Of a DNA stretch of 64,000 nucleotides, positions 39,167 through 48,964 are shown piece by piece. The notes beneath the pieces were generated by a model. That model was not told where the DNA came from. It made no database searches and worked only from the letters and a program-made list of their open reading frames with translations. Positions within the stretch are counted from its first letter, which is position 1; each line of letters starts with the position of its first letter. Location of the stretch: NCBI GenBank assembly GCA_965217585.1, contig OZ244561.1, positions 4,256,001-4,320,000 on the forward strand, read 5' to 3'. Both the position numbers and the translations under genes were made by a program. Origin of the DNA: Candidatus Latescibacterota bacterium. Lineage in GTDB: Bacteria; Latescibacterota; UBA2968; UBA8231.

Positions 39167-40035
39167 GCGGGCGCTCTTGGCGGCTGCTCGACATCCTCGA
39201 AAACACGAGTCGTTTCTTCGCGTCGAAGGGGTTGGAAAACGCCCGTCTACAAGCAGAGCTCCTGCTCGCCGCCGTGCTCGGTGTCAAACGCCTCGATCTC
39301 TACCTGCAATTTGAACGTCCCTTGCACCGCGGTGAAGTGGATCGCTACCGAGAATACGTGCGTCAGCGGTTGCAGCACGTGCCCGTGCAGTACATCACGG
39401 GCGTAGCCGCCTTTCGCCGTCTAGAGCTGGCCGTGACGCCCGCGGTGTTGATTCCGCGCCCCGAGACCGAGGTGCTCGTCGATGTGGCATTGGAGCTTTT
39501 GCCCGCAGGTGGCCGGGTCCTCGACCTGTGTTGCGGCTCAGGCGCAGTCGCCCTGTCGCTGGCCCAAGAGGCGGTAGCGGCCGAGGTAGTGGCAGCCGAC
39601 GTATCGGACGCTGCTTTAGAAGTAGCGAAGGCCAACGGCCAGTGCTGCGGGCTAGCAGAGCGTGTCGAGTGGCACTGTGGCGATCTTTTCACACCCCTTT
39701 GCGGCACCGAGCCTTTTGACCTCATCGTGGCCAACCCGCCGTATGTGCGCCGCAGCGACTTGGAGCAACTAGCGCCGGAAGTACGCGACCACGAGCCTCA
39801 TCTCGCGCTAGATGGGGGCGAGGACGGCTTGGCGTACTACCGCCGCATCGCGCAGGAAGCCGCTGACCTTATTCGCCCCAGAGGCTATCTACTTCTAGAG
39901 GTAGGAGACGGCCAGAGCGCGGCCGTGGCGGACCTACTTGCGCAGTCTGAACGCTTGGCTGAGGTTCAGATAAGACCGGACTTAAACCAAATGCCCCGAG
40001 TCGTTGTCGCGCGTACGGCTACTCAGGTGAGTTGA
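39163..40035 (+). CDS. prmC: Release factor glutamine methyltransferase
   Basis: LIPRPETE, DLCCGSG, NPPY, ALDGGEDGL; overlaps prfA stop. Confidence 0.95.
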   Translation: MSGRSWRLLDILENTSRFFASKGLENARLQAELLLAAVLGVKRLDLYLQFERPLHRGEVDRYREYVRQRLQHVPVQYITGVAAFRRLELAVTPAVLIPRPETEVLVDVALELLPAGGRVLDLCCGSGAVALSLAQEAVAAEVVAADVSDAALEVAKANGQCCGLAERVEWHCGDLFTPLCGTEPFDLIVANPPYVRRSDLEQLAPEVRDHEPHLALDGGEDGLAYYRRIAQEAADLIRPRGYLLLEVGDGQSAAVADLLAQSERLAEVQIRPDLNQMPRVVVARTATQVS

Positions 40036-40040
40036 GGGCC

Positions 40041-41414
40041 ATGGCCAAAAAGAACCGTTCCGCTTACGTCTGTCAGTCCTGCGGTCACAGTGTCGCGCGC
40101 TGGTTTGGGCGCTGTGCGGCCTGCGGCGAATGGAACACTTGCGTCGAAGAGCGGCCCCAAGCACCCGATAGCCGACGCGAACATCTAACGGTGTCGCCCC
40201 GCGCCCAATTGCAGCCCATCACTCAAGTCGATGACCAAGACCACGAGCGGCTGCAAATCGGCATCTCCGAGTTCGACCGAGTCTTGGGCGGCGGCATCAT
40301 GCCCGGTTCGGTCGTCTTAGTCGGCGGCGATCCCGGCATCGGCAAATCGACGCTCCTGTTGCAGATGGCCGGACAGCTAGCGGCTTCTGATTTTCGCATC
40401 GCGTACATTTCCGCCGAGGAGTCGGCCGCGCAGATCCGCCTGCGCGCCGGGCGCTTGGGAGCGTTGTGCGAAAGCCTGCACGTGATGGCCGAGACCAGTC
40501 TCGCGGCCATTCTCGACCAGTTGCGATCCGCTAGCCCGCTGGCTGTCGTCATCGACTCGATCCAGACCATTTACATGCCCGAGTTGGAGAGCGCGCCCGG
40601 CAGCGTGACCCAAGTGCGCGAGTGCGCTGCGCGGCTCGTCTATTTGGCCAAAGAGAGCGGCATTCCCACGTTTTTGGTAGGGCATGTGACGAAAGAGGGT
40701 ACGGTCGCCGGGCCACGGGTGCTGGAGCACTTAGTCGATACCGTACTCTATTTAGAAGGCGAGCGGCACCATCATTTCCGCATCCTTCGCGCCGCCAAAA
40801 ATCGCTTTGGTTCAACCAACGAGATCGGCATTTTTGAGATGCGGGACCAGGGGCTAATCGAGGTCTCCAATCCCTCCAAGTTTCTGCTGGCCGAGCGCGC
40901 CGAAGGCGTGTCGGGTTCGGCCATCGTCTGTAGCATGGAGGGCACCCGACCGCTCTTGATCGAAATTCAGGCCCTCGTCTCGCGCTCTAGTTTTGGCTAT
41001 CCGCAGCGGGTCGCGACCGGCATAGACACCAAGCGGCTCTCGATTATTATCGCGGTGCTCGAAAAGCGCTGCGGCCACGACCTATCGGGCGAGGACATTT
41101 TCGTCAATGTCGTAGGGGGTATTCGCCTCGACGAGCCGGCGGTGGATATGGGGGTGGGGCTGGCGATTGTCTCGAGCTTCCGCAACAAGCCCATTGACGC
41201 GAAGACCGCGGCTATTGGCGAGATCGGGTTGGGGGGGGAAATCCGGCCGGTGAACCAGATTGACCGGCGGGTGGCCGAGGCGCGGAGTTTGGGGTTTGAG
41301 CAGTGTTTGGTGGCACGGAGCAACTTGCAGGGTTGGAAGCGGCCGGAGGGGATGGAGGTGGTTGGGGTGGGGGGGATGGAGGCGGTCGAAGCGCTCGCAT
41401 TTGGCCCAAGCTAG
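40041..41414 (+). CDS. radA: DNA repair protein RadA/Sms
   Basis: CxxC-x10-CxxC, GDPGIGKST, KNRFG, Lon-like C-terminal domain. Confidence 0.97.
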   Translation: MAKKNRSAYVCQSCGHSVARWFGRCAACGEWNTCVEERPQAPDSRREHLTVSPRAQLQPITQVDDQDHERLQIGISEFDRVLGGGIMPGSVVLVGGDPGIGKSTLLLQMAGQLAASDFRIAYISAEESAAQIRLRAGRLGALCESLHVMAETSLAAILDQLRSASPLAVVIDSIQTIYMPELESAPGSVTQVRECAARLVYLAKESGIPTFLVGHVTKEGTVAGPRVLEHLVDTVLYLEGERHHHFRILRAAKNRFGSTNEIGIFEMRDQGLIEVSNPSKFLLAERAEGVSGSAIVCSMEGTRPLLIEIQALVSRSSFGYPQRVATGIDTKRLSIIIAVLEKRCGHDLSGEDIFVNVVGGIRLDEPAVDMGVGLAIVSSFRNKPIDAKTAAIGEIGLGGEIRPVNQIDRRVAEARSLGFEQCLVARSNLQGWKRPEGMEVVGVGGMEAVEALAFGPS

Positions 41415-41586
41415 CTCCTTTTCTTCACAGCGCTGTTTCTCGCAGTTCCCAATTGTTCGCTTTTCGCAGAACCCTTCTCTTTTTCTAACATATTATTAAA
41501 CAATAAATTGCGCGTATTATTACCGTTTGGCACGGCATTTGTTATAAGTGGGTAGAGCAGCTTAATACGCTTCAATTAAAAAATGC

Positions 41587-41626
41587 TTGACACCTGAACA
41601 TTGATTCACTATCTTTTTGTTCAGGT
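41587..41626 (+). promoter_or_regulatory. recA promoter overlapped by an inverted repeat (candidate operator)
   Basis: TTGACA-N17-TATCTT; ACCTGAACA(41592-41600)-N17-TGTTCAGGT(41618-41626). Confidence 0.65.
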
Positions 41627-41678
41627 TATTCAGGTGGCGGTGTAATAGACATCTCATAGGACACGCGAGGAGGAAATC

Positions 41679-42761
41679 ATGGTAGCGGGCAAAGGCAGAG
41701 CCAGTGCTAACGGCAAGCCCTTCGGCGAGGATAAGGACAAGGCCATCGGCTTGGCTCTCGCCCAGATCGAACGGCAGTTTGGCAAAGGGGCCATCATGCG
41801 GTTAGGCGAGTCAGCAGCAATGGACGTCGACGTCATTTCCACTGGTGCCATTTCGCTAGACGCGGCCCTCGGGGTCGGTGGGGTGCCCAGAGGTCGGGTC
41901 GTCGAGCTTTTCGGGTCTGAAGCCGCGGGCAAGACCATGCTGGCGTTGCACATCGTCTCCCAGGCGCAACAAACCGGCACGGCAGCTTTCATCGACGCCG
42001 AACACGCGCTCGACGTGAATTTTGCCCGTCGGCTGGGCGTTGATATCGACAATTTGCTCGTCTCACAGCCGGATTCGGGCGAAGAGGCCCTAGAGATTAC
42101 GGATACGCTGGTGCGCAGCGGTGCCCTCGATCTCGTCGTGATCGATTCGGTAGCAGCGCTAGTGCCCAAGGCCGAGCTCGAAGGCGATATGGGCGACTCC
42201 CACGTAGGGTTGCAAGCGCGGCTAATGTCCCAAGCCCTGCGCAAGCTCACCGGGTCCTCTAAGAAGTCAGGGACCACGGTGATCTTTATCAACCAGTTGC
42301 GGATGAAGATCGGCGTGATGTTCGGCAGTCCCGAGACTACCACCGGCGGTCGTGCCCTAAACTTCTATTCCTCGGTCCGCCTCGACATCCGTGGCATTGG
42401 CGCGATCAAGGACGGCGACGAGATCATCGGTCGTCGCACCCGCGTCAAGGTCGTCAAGAACAAGGTCGCCCCGCCCTTCCGCGAGGCCGAGTTCGACATC
42501 ATGTTCCGCGGCGACGACGTAGGCATATCGCGCGAGGGCGATCTGCTGGACTTGGGCGTCGACAGCGGTTTCGTCGCCAAAAGTGGCACCTGGTTCTCCT
42601 ATGGTGACGAGCGGTTGGGCCAGGGGCGCGAGAACGCGCGTGTCTTCCTCCGCGACAACCACGAGGTCCGCACGCGCCTAGAGACCGAGGTGCGCCAAGC
42701 CCTCAACATGAAGGTCCCAGAAGTACCTGAGCACAAAGAAGCAGAGGCCGAACTGGCCTAG
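41679..42761 (+). CDS. recA: Recombinase RecA
   Basis: [54 protein letters not shown]. Confidence 0.98.
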   Translation: MVAGKGRASANGKPFGEDKDKAIGLALAQIERQFGKGAIMRLGESAAMDVDVISTGAISLDAALGVGGVPRGRVVELFGSEAAGKTMLALHIVSQAQQTGTAAFIDAEHALDVNFARRLGVDIDNLLVSQPDSGEEALEITDTLVRSGALDLVVIDSVAALVPKAELEGDMGDSHVGLQARLMSQALRKLTGSSKKSGTTVIFINQLRMKIGVMFGSPETTTGGRALNFYSSVRLDIRGIGAIKDGDEIIGRRTRVKVVKNKVAPPFREAEFDIMFRGDDVGISREGDLLDLGVDSGFVAKSGTWFSYGDERLGQGRENARVFLRDNHEVRTRLETEVRQALNMKVPEVPEHKEAEAELA

Positions 42762-42872
42762 CCTCTGCGCTCTCGCGGGTCGAGGTGCCAAGGCTACTAA
42801 GGATCCCCACTCCAAGGCGGCCGCAGCGCCTCGCACCCGCGCGTACTCCTTAACTCCCCCAAGGAGGTAATT

Positions 42873-43136
42873 ATGCAGACTGCCATACTAAGCCCCGCGG
42901 CCATCCCCTTGCAAGCGCGCATTGGCCGCGCCCGCTCTTGGGCCGACTTGGAGTTGCTGTGCGAGCACATCGACGACGCCTACCAGCGCGGCGAGCTCGA
43001 GCTGTCCAGCGCCGACGAGCTAAGTGCCTTGGTGGCCTCGGCCGCCCTGAAGGTGCCCGAGCAACCCAGCATCCCCGCCGAGGCGCTCTTAGGTCGGGAA
43101 CGGGAAATGCCGCACAACACCCGTCAAGCAGCCTGA
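42873..43136 (+). CDS. Small hypothetical protein downstream of recA
   Basis: Perfect AAGGAGG RBS, 87 aa, host-like codon usage. Confidence 0.7.
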   Translation: MQTAILSPAAIPLQARIGRARSWADLELLCEHIDDAYQRGELELSSADELSALVASAALKVPEQPSIPAEALLGREREMPHNTRQAA

Positions 43137-43180
43137 CCAAGCCGCGGCACAGCCCGCCTTTAGGGCGGGCCAACATGGGC

Positions 43181-43208
43181 GCCGGAGCAAAAAACTCCGG
43201 TGCCTTTT
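43181..43208 (+). terminator. Probable intrinsic terminator
   Basis: GCCGGAG-CAAAAAA-CTCCGGT followed by GCCTTTT. Confidence 0.5.
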
Positions 43209-43210
43209 GT

Positions 43211-43238
43211 TTGCAAAAAACAGCCCATGCCGTATAAT
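43211..43238 (+). promoter_or_regulatory. sigma70-like promoter of hpt (leaderless geometry)
   Basis: TTGCAA-N16-TATAAT, 7 nt before ATG 43246. Confidence 0.65.
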
Positions 43239-43245
43239 CAAAGGC

Positions 43246-43791
43246 ATGCCCCGCAGTTCGTTGGAAACCCCCGCCTTAAGAGTGCTAATCGAGCGCCAGC
43301 AAGTGGAGCGGCGTATCGGCGAGCTGGCCCAGCTGCTAGCCGCCGACTACGCTGGGTCCACCCCCTTGTTTATCGGCCTCCTCAACGGAGCAGTGCAGTT
43401 TATGATGGCCCTGATGGACCACTTGCCCGAGGAGCTGTTGGCGCGATTGGACTACGATTTCGTCGGCGTTTCGAGCTACCAAGGCACAGAGAATACCGGG
43501 CAGATTGAACTGACCAAAGATCTCGTCGTCGAGGTGGCCGGACGGGACGTGCTAGTCGTCGATGGCATCGTCGATACGGGCCGATCCTTAGATTTTGTGA
43601 TGGCCATGCTAAAGTCGCGGCAACCCCTTTCGCTTAGAGTATGTACGCTGCTGAACAAGCGCGCCCGCAGGGAGTTTCCAGTGCAGATAGAGTACTGTGG
43701 TTTTGAAATTGAAGACACGTTCGTCGTTGGCTACGGCATGGATTGCGACCAGCGCTACCGCGCCCTGCGCCACATCGCCGCCATTGGATGA
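43246..43791 (+). CDS. hpt: Hypoxanthine phosphoribosyltransferase
   Basis: VSSY, VLVVDGIVDTGRSL, FVVGYGMD..QRYRAL. Confidence 0.9.
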   Translation: MPRSSLETPALRVLIERQQVERRIGELAQLLAADYAGSTPLFIGLLNGAVQFMMALMDHLPEELLARLDYDFVGVSSYQGTENTGQIELTKDLVVEVAGRDVLVVDGIVDTGRSLDFVMAMLKSRQPLSLRVCTLLNKRARREFPVQIEYCGFEIEDTFVVGYGMDCDQRYRALRHIAAIG

Positions 43792-43811
43792 GATAGAGGA
43801 GAAGAGGAGCC

Positions 43812-44630
43812 ATGGCCCCCAAGAAAGTCTTAATTACCGGCGTTTGCGGATTGATCGCCGGGGCTGTGTATCGGCATCTGCGCACCCAACCCGACCGCTA
43901 TGACCTCTATGGCCTAGCGCGGCGGTCCCAGCTTTCGGAGCGGGCACCCAGAGACACAGATTTGGGAATTCCCGAAGAGAAATTCACCCTTGCAGACCTG
44001 ACCGACTACAACGCGATAGCAAAGGCTGTCGAGGGTATGGACGTGGTCGTGCAACTGGCAGCCGACCCGCGGCCAGACGCTAGTTGGGAGAGCCTGCTCG
44101 GCAGCAATATAGTCGGGCCGCGCAATGTGCTAGAGGCTGCGCGCCGCGCTGGTGTCAGGAGAGTGGTCTTCGCCAGCTCGATCATGGTGTCTTGGGGCTA
44201 CCAGCAAGAGGATCCGTACAAAGCAATCTCCGAAGGGCGCTTCGACGCGGTCAATGCCGGTCAGGTACAGGCCGTGACTCACGAGTGGCCGCATCGGCCG
44301 ACTGGCCTCTATCCGGCGACCAAAATTTGGGGCGAGGCCCTAGCGCGCTACTACGCCGACGTACACAATATGTCGGTGCCCTGTTTGCGCATCGGCTGGG
44401 TCAATGCCGAGGACCATCCGCGCGACGAGCGGGGCGGGGCTATCTGGTGCAGCCAGCGCGACGTGGTACAACTCGTGCAGCGCGCGATCGAAGCTCCGGC
44501 AGACTTGCGCTTTGATATTTTTTACGGAGTGTCCAATAACCGCTGGCGCTGGGTCGATATTGACCACCCGCGCGAGGTCTTGGGCTATATCCCCGCAGAT
44601 AGCGCCGAAGAGAAGCTGGGGCTGGCCTGA
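43812..44630 (+). CDS. NAD-dependent epimerase/dehydratase (uronate dehydrogenase-like extended SDR)
   Basis: ITGVCGLIA, FASS, YPATK (YxxxK), CLRIGW. Confidence 0.82.
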   Translation: MAPKKVLITGVCGLIAGAVYRHLRTQPDRYDLYGLARRSQLSERAPRDTDLGIPEEKFTLADLTDYNAIAKAVEGMDVVVQLAADPRPDASWESLLGSNIVGPRNVLEAARRAGVRRVVFASSIMVSWGYQQEDPYKAISEGRFDAVNAGQVQAVTHEWPHRPTGLYPATKIWGEALARYYADVHNMSVPCLRIGWVNAEDHPRDERGGAIWCSQRDVVQLVQRAIEAPADLRFDIFYGVSNNRWRWVDIDHPREVLGYIPADSAEEKLGLA

Positions 44631-44634
44631 GCCA

Positions 44635-45189
44635 ATGGGCCGAACGCCTAAGACCAAAACGGACCTATTGTCCGTCAAGCTCTTCTTTCTCGTCCTAGGG
44701 GCCATTGCCGCCTACAATGTCGTTAATTGGGTGCGCGGCGAACCGGAATGGGAAGAGCGGAGCTATGAGCCGGGGGTCTTCACCGTACAGGTGGCCGGCC
44801 GGCCCAATCTGCGCAAGCTACGCGAGCCGTTGTCCTTCGGCGAGGTAGAGTTCCAATACCTGATGTTCGAGCGCGACGACGTGCAATACGCCGTTGCCTA
44901 TGGGGACGTGCCCGAGACCGTCCCAGCCGATAGTGCGATTGCCGCGCGCCGCGATGCCATCTTGCGGAAGGTGAAGGGGACGATCCTGTCGGAAGCCGCC
45001 GTTGAGATGGACGGGCATTCCGCTTGGCAGACGCAGATACAAGCTGAGGACGAAAGCCTCCTGAGATTGCAGTGCCTACAGGTGGGCCAACGGCTCTACA
45101 GCTTGATGGCGGTCGGAGCACCCTACGCGTTTGACGACCCCTCGGATATCGAGCGGTTTTTCGCGTCCTTCAGGCTCGTCAAGCCCTGA
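44635..45189 (+). CDS. Membrane-anchored hypothetical protein (possible PsbP/DcrB-like fold)
   Basis: ATG 44635, N-terminal TM, C-terminal RLYSLMAV...ERFFASFRL. Confidence 0.65.
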   Translation: MGRTPKTKTDLLSVKLFFLVLGAIAAYNVVNWVRGEPEWEERSYEPGVFTVQVAGRPNLRKLREPLSFGEVEFQYLMFERDDVQYAVAYGDVPETVPADSAIAARRDAILRKVKGTILSEAAVEMDGHSAWQTQIQAEDESLLRLQCLQVGQRLYSLMAVGAPYAFDDPSDIERFFASFRLVKP

Positions 45190-45205
45190 TGATAAGGAGT
45201 ATCAA

Positions 45206-46255
45206 GTGAAGCTGCTCAAAGAGCTATGCGAAAGTGCGGGGGTTCCCGGCCGAGAGGATCGGCTGCGCGAGATCGTGCGGCGGGAGCTCGCGCCCCTGAC
45301 CGACGAGATGCGGGTGGATGCCTTGGGCAACCTGATCGCTGTGAAGAAGGCGAGCAAGGGCAAAAAGGCCAAGAAGCTGATGATCGCCGCGCACATGGAC
45401 GAGATCGGTTTCGTGGTTTCACACATCGACGAGCGGGGCCTTTTGCGGCTGGTGCCCTTAGGCGGGCACGACCCGCGCAACATGGTGGCCCAAAGGGTCG
45501 TCGTCAGGGGCAAGAAGCGCGATCTACCGGGTTTGCTCTACCCAGGTATTAAACCACCGCACATCCAGACGGCGGCCGACCGCGATGCCAAGTTGGCCAT
45601 CAGCGACTTTATCGTCGATCTCTACCTGGCACCTGCCAAGGTCAAGCGCGAGGTCGAGCTTGGTGCGATGGTGACGTTGCAGCGGGATTTCGCCGAGATC
45701 GGCGACGGAGTTTCCTGTAAGGCCATGGACGATCGGGTTGCGCTCTACGTGATGATCCGCGCCATGCAGCAGGCCAAGACCTTTGGCTGTGAGACCTATG
45801 CGGTGGCCACTGTGCAGGAGGAGGTTGGCTTGCGGGGCGCGCAGGTAAGCGCGTTTGGGGTCGAGCCGGACCTGGGGGTAGCCCTCGACGTGACGCTGGC
45901 GGCCGATATTCCGGGGATACCCGAGCACGAGCAGGTGACGCGCTTAGGGCAGGGCGCAGCGATTAAACTGCTGGACTCGTCGGCGATCTCGCACCCGGGC
46001 TTGGTGGCTCAGCTCAGAGGGCTAGCGAAGAAGAGGAAAATCGAGTGCCAATTGGAAATCCTCCCTCTGGGCGGCACGGACGCCGGTGCCATGCAAAGGG
46101 TCCGTACTGGTGTGCCGGTGGCGACGATTTCAGTGCCGACTCGCTACATTCACACCTCGGTCGAGCTGGTTGACAAAGGCGACTTGCAAGCAGCCGTGGA
46201 TCTGCTGACCGCCTTTCTCGAAGAGGGCCATCGGGCCGACTTGACGCTCGTCTGA
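45206..46255 (+). CDS. M42 family aminopeptidase
   Basis: AAHMDEIG, KAMDDR, VQEEVGLRGA, GGTDAG, RYIHT; AAGGAG RBS with GTG. Confidence 0.93.
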   Translation: MKLLKELCESAGVPGREDRLREIVRRELAPLTDEMRVDALGNLIAVKKASKGKKAKKLMIAAHMDEIGFVVSHIDERGLLRLVPLGGHDPRNMVAQRVVVRGKKRDLPGLLYPGIKPPHIQTAADRDAKLAISDFIVDLYLAPAKVKREVELGAMVTLQRDFAEIGDGVSCKAMDDRVALYVMIRAMQQAKTFGCETYAVATVQEEVGLRGAQVSAFGVEPDLGVALDVTLAADIPGIPEHEQVTRLGQGAAIKLLDSSAISHPGLVAQLRGLAKKRKIECQLEILPLGGTDAGAMQRVRTGVPVATISVPTRYIHTSVELVDKGDLQAAVDLLTAFLEEGHRADLTLV

Positions 46256-46280
46256 ACGATCCCACCCGCAACGGGATCAT

Positions 46281-47189
46281 TCAGCCGAGAGTGATCCTCA
46301 ATACTGGACACTTCCGTCGAGCTCCGCGGGGAATGATACCGATGACATCGACTTTCGCTCCCATCTGCTCGAACTGCCCATGAATCCTATCGCACATGTC
46401 CATGGCAATTAGTAGGATCAGTCGTCCCGTGTGCTTCATGACGCGTAACAGCTCAGGCAACGAGTCCATGACGGCCTGACGGCAGGAACTCCGGAAGGGC
46501 GGTTCTGTGACGATCAGATCGAAGTGGTCGGTTCGTATTGGCAGATGTCTGGCATCGGCAACTACATACAAGTTCGGAAAGTTCACTGAGAGACCTGGAG
46601 ACAGGCTATCATCGATGTCGGACACGAAGACTGTGAGTCCACGACGTCTCCCTTCAAGGGCAAGCCCGCCAAATCCGGCAAATGGATCCAAGATGACATC
46701 CGTTGGCTTTGGATCAGCGATGTTGAACAGAAACCGGGCATCTAGAGTAGACACGGCTCGATGCCAGTTGTGTCCTGACACAACACGCCTGTCTCCATTC
46801 TGGACGATCTCGAACTTGCGATTGCTCGGGGCATCCGCCAGTAGCGCCTGCTTGTCTTGAACGTAAACCTCTGTCTGGTGCACCTTGTAATCACCAACGC
46901 GAATCCAGCCAAGAAGCCACCGTTCGCTCCGAACGGCAGAGATCTCCTCTCCACGGAAGGGCTCGTAGTGCTGGCCGACGATTGCTTCAGTAAACCCGAG
47001 GTCGCCTGCGAGTGCTGCGACTCGATCAGGAATGAGTGGCAGTTCGATCGACATCCGATGCCGTTCCCGCCGGTCCTTCTTGAGTTCTAGACCAAACCGG
47101 CGGTAGACAGCTAGGAACTCCGTCTTCGCCAACTCGTACGGAATGCCAATTCCTCCACGGCTGGTGCGGAAGTAGATCTCATACTGCAT
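46281..47189 (-). CDS. SAM-dependent methyltransferase (Trm11/Trm14-like amino-methyltransferase), cassette
   Basis: ILDPFAGFGG, DARHLP, TEPPF. Confidence 0.75.
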   Translation of the reverse strand: MQYEIYFRTSRGGIGIPYELAKTEFLAVYRRFGLELKKDRRERHRMSIELPLIPDRVAALAGDLGFTEAIVGQHYEPFRGEEISAVRSERWLLGWIRVGDYKVHQTEVYVQDKQALLADAPSNRKFEIVQNGDRRVVSGHNWHRAVSTLDARFLFNIADPKPTDVILDPFAGFGGLALEGRRRGLTVFVSDIDDSLSPGLSVNFPNLYVVADARHLPIRTDHFDLIVTEPPFRSSCRQAVMDSLPELLRVMKHTGRLILLIAMDMCDRIHGQFEQMGAKVDVIGIIPRGARRKCPVLRITLG

Positions 47190-47284
47190 ATCGCCTCAAT
47201 CCCCGACAGGCCTCAATGCCAATTCTCTCCTTAAGAGCGGATATATCTCAATCTATTCTGGATCAACTCGTTTTGTCCCATGTC

Positions 47285-47427
47285 GCTTAACGTCATGCCG
47301 GTTTGCGAACCTGGCTCTCACCCGAAGGGGCTGGCGCGAGCTTGGCCCTGCAAAGCGAGTGACAGAAGCCAGGTTGCCCGAAGGGCCAAGACGCGAATGT
47401 GCCGCAGCGTAAACTGCGCTGTTAAAT
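47285..47427 (-). repeat. attC-like site
   Basis: GCTTAAC...GCCGGTTTGCG...CGTAAACTGC...GTTAAAT. Confidence 0.75.
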
Positions 47428-47460
47428 GACGTGGGCCAATCCGCGGCAAGATATAACGGG

Positions 47461-48000
47461 CTAAACCTCCTCGGCGAAGTCCGATGAGAGAGCTCCCCGA
47501 AATCCAATGCGTTTGTGCGGATCTCTGTATTGAGTCAATTCGTAATGTCCGATCATGAAGCCTTGGGACTCCCAGAACGTCAGGGCGCTCGGATTGTCGC
47601 GGCGTACATTCAAGTCAATCCGATCGATACCCAAGCCGTCGGTGATTTCTGTTACGGCTTGTACAAGGAATGACCCAATGCCCTCTCGGCGTTGCGCAGG
47701 AACAACGTAGAAGTCATTGATCTTCGCGCTAGTGCCACTAATTGAAAATGAAACAAATCCAACCGGGGACCCTTCGCTGAGGCACCAGAAAATCCTTGGT
47801 TCCGGACTGGAAAGGGGAAACCGATCTGCGAAATACACATCGCGGCGATCCGATGAACGTACTGTATCTGCAGTTGGCATTGTCTCCAACCAGTAGGCGT
47901 CAACTAGTGGCCGAAACCTATCCTCAGCGGAAGGAAGCACCTGCTCGAATTCAAGGCGAACGGTCAAAACTCGTCTCTTCTCATATAAGGCCCATGTCAT
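47461..48000 (-). CDS. GNAT family N-acetyltransferase, cassette
   Basis: FYVVPAQRREGIG, NPSALTFWESQGF. Confidence 0.85.
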   Translation of the reverse strand: MTWALYEKRRVLTVRLEFEQVLPSAEDRFRPLVDAYWLETMPTADTVRSSDRRDVYFADRFPLSSPEPRIFWCLSEGSPVGFVSFSISGTSAKINDFYVVPAQRREGIGSFLVQAVTEITDGLGIDRIDLNVRRDNPSALTFWESQGFMIGHYELTQYRDPHKRIGFRGALSSDFAEEV

Positions 48001-48106
48001 TTAACAGCTTTCCGGTTTGCGAACCCGGAGCGAAGCGGAGGTATTCTCTCCTGTCTACGGTCCATCCGAACACCTCGTTTAGACACCGGTCTGTCGCGCC
48101 AATTTC

Positions 48107-48242
48107 AGGTAACGTTCCGCGGGTTGCCGATGTGTCCGCACATCAGCAGACAGATCGGGGCTTTCAATCAGTCCAACCCATCGGTTGCGGCCATTTTGGT
48201 TGGGTTATAGTTGGGTTGGGTCTCGGCAACTCGCCGTTATCG
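48107..48242 (-). repeat. attC-like site
   Basis: AGGTAAC...GCGGGTTGCCGA...TCGGCAACTCGC-C-GTTATCG. Confidence 0.7.
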
Positions 48243-48329
48243 GCTGTGGCGAAGGGGTGGTTTCGTCACTTTCAGCTCTTGAGATCGGGGCGACAATAGA
48301 GCGTGCACCATAGATTCAGCGTGCTTTGT

Positions 48330-48964
48330 TCATTTTGTCAGCACCGGTTTTCGCAAAGTGAAAGACTGGAAGTGCACGCCCTAGGGCTCGACTACGTGGA
48401 AATCCAAGACATCGAAATACTCCCGTACATATCCATGCATCTGATCGTCGGTTCGAAAAGAAAAAAATCGAGGAGGATCGTGCCAGTCGTTAGGCGCTTC
48501 GCCCTCAAACGGGTCACCCCCGTACACGCCCAAAAAAAAGAGACCGCCTGGAACTAAGACGTTTCGGATAGCAGCCAGTACGTCAGATAAATTGACATTC
48601 GGGACATGAAGCAGGCAATTCATTGCATAGACTGCGTCGAAAGAACTCAGGGGAAAGCCCAAATTTAGAAAGTCAGCCGGGTAGCCACGAGACCTTTAGC
48701 GCGGCAGCGTGCAACCATTTCCGGTGAAAGATCAGTCACAACTGTTTCTAACCCACCTTTCTGGAAAAACAAGCCATCCTGACCTGTCCCGGCACCGATC
48801 TCCAGAAGACTCACCTTACCCTCGGTGCGTACGATACTGAGAAAGTCTGCACGCTCAGTCAGCTTCCACGGGGCTTTCTCACGCTGATCGCGTTCTCCTG
48901 CGCTACCGTCATAGGCTACTTGAAGACGAGCGACGACATCTTTGTACTCGAACATTGCTTCCAT
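48330..48964 (-). pseudogene. Class I SAM methyltransferase pseudogene, cassette
   Basis: LEIGAGTG motif; frameshift near 48683 (ADFLNLGF continues in another frame); TAG at 48381-48383 followed by GVHFQSFTLRKPVLTK*. Confidence 0.8.

Noticed and set aside
48381-48383. In-frame TAG as pyrrolysine or recoded stop
   Set aside because: The same gene is also frameshifted, TAG ends many core genes here, and prfA is intact
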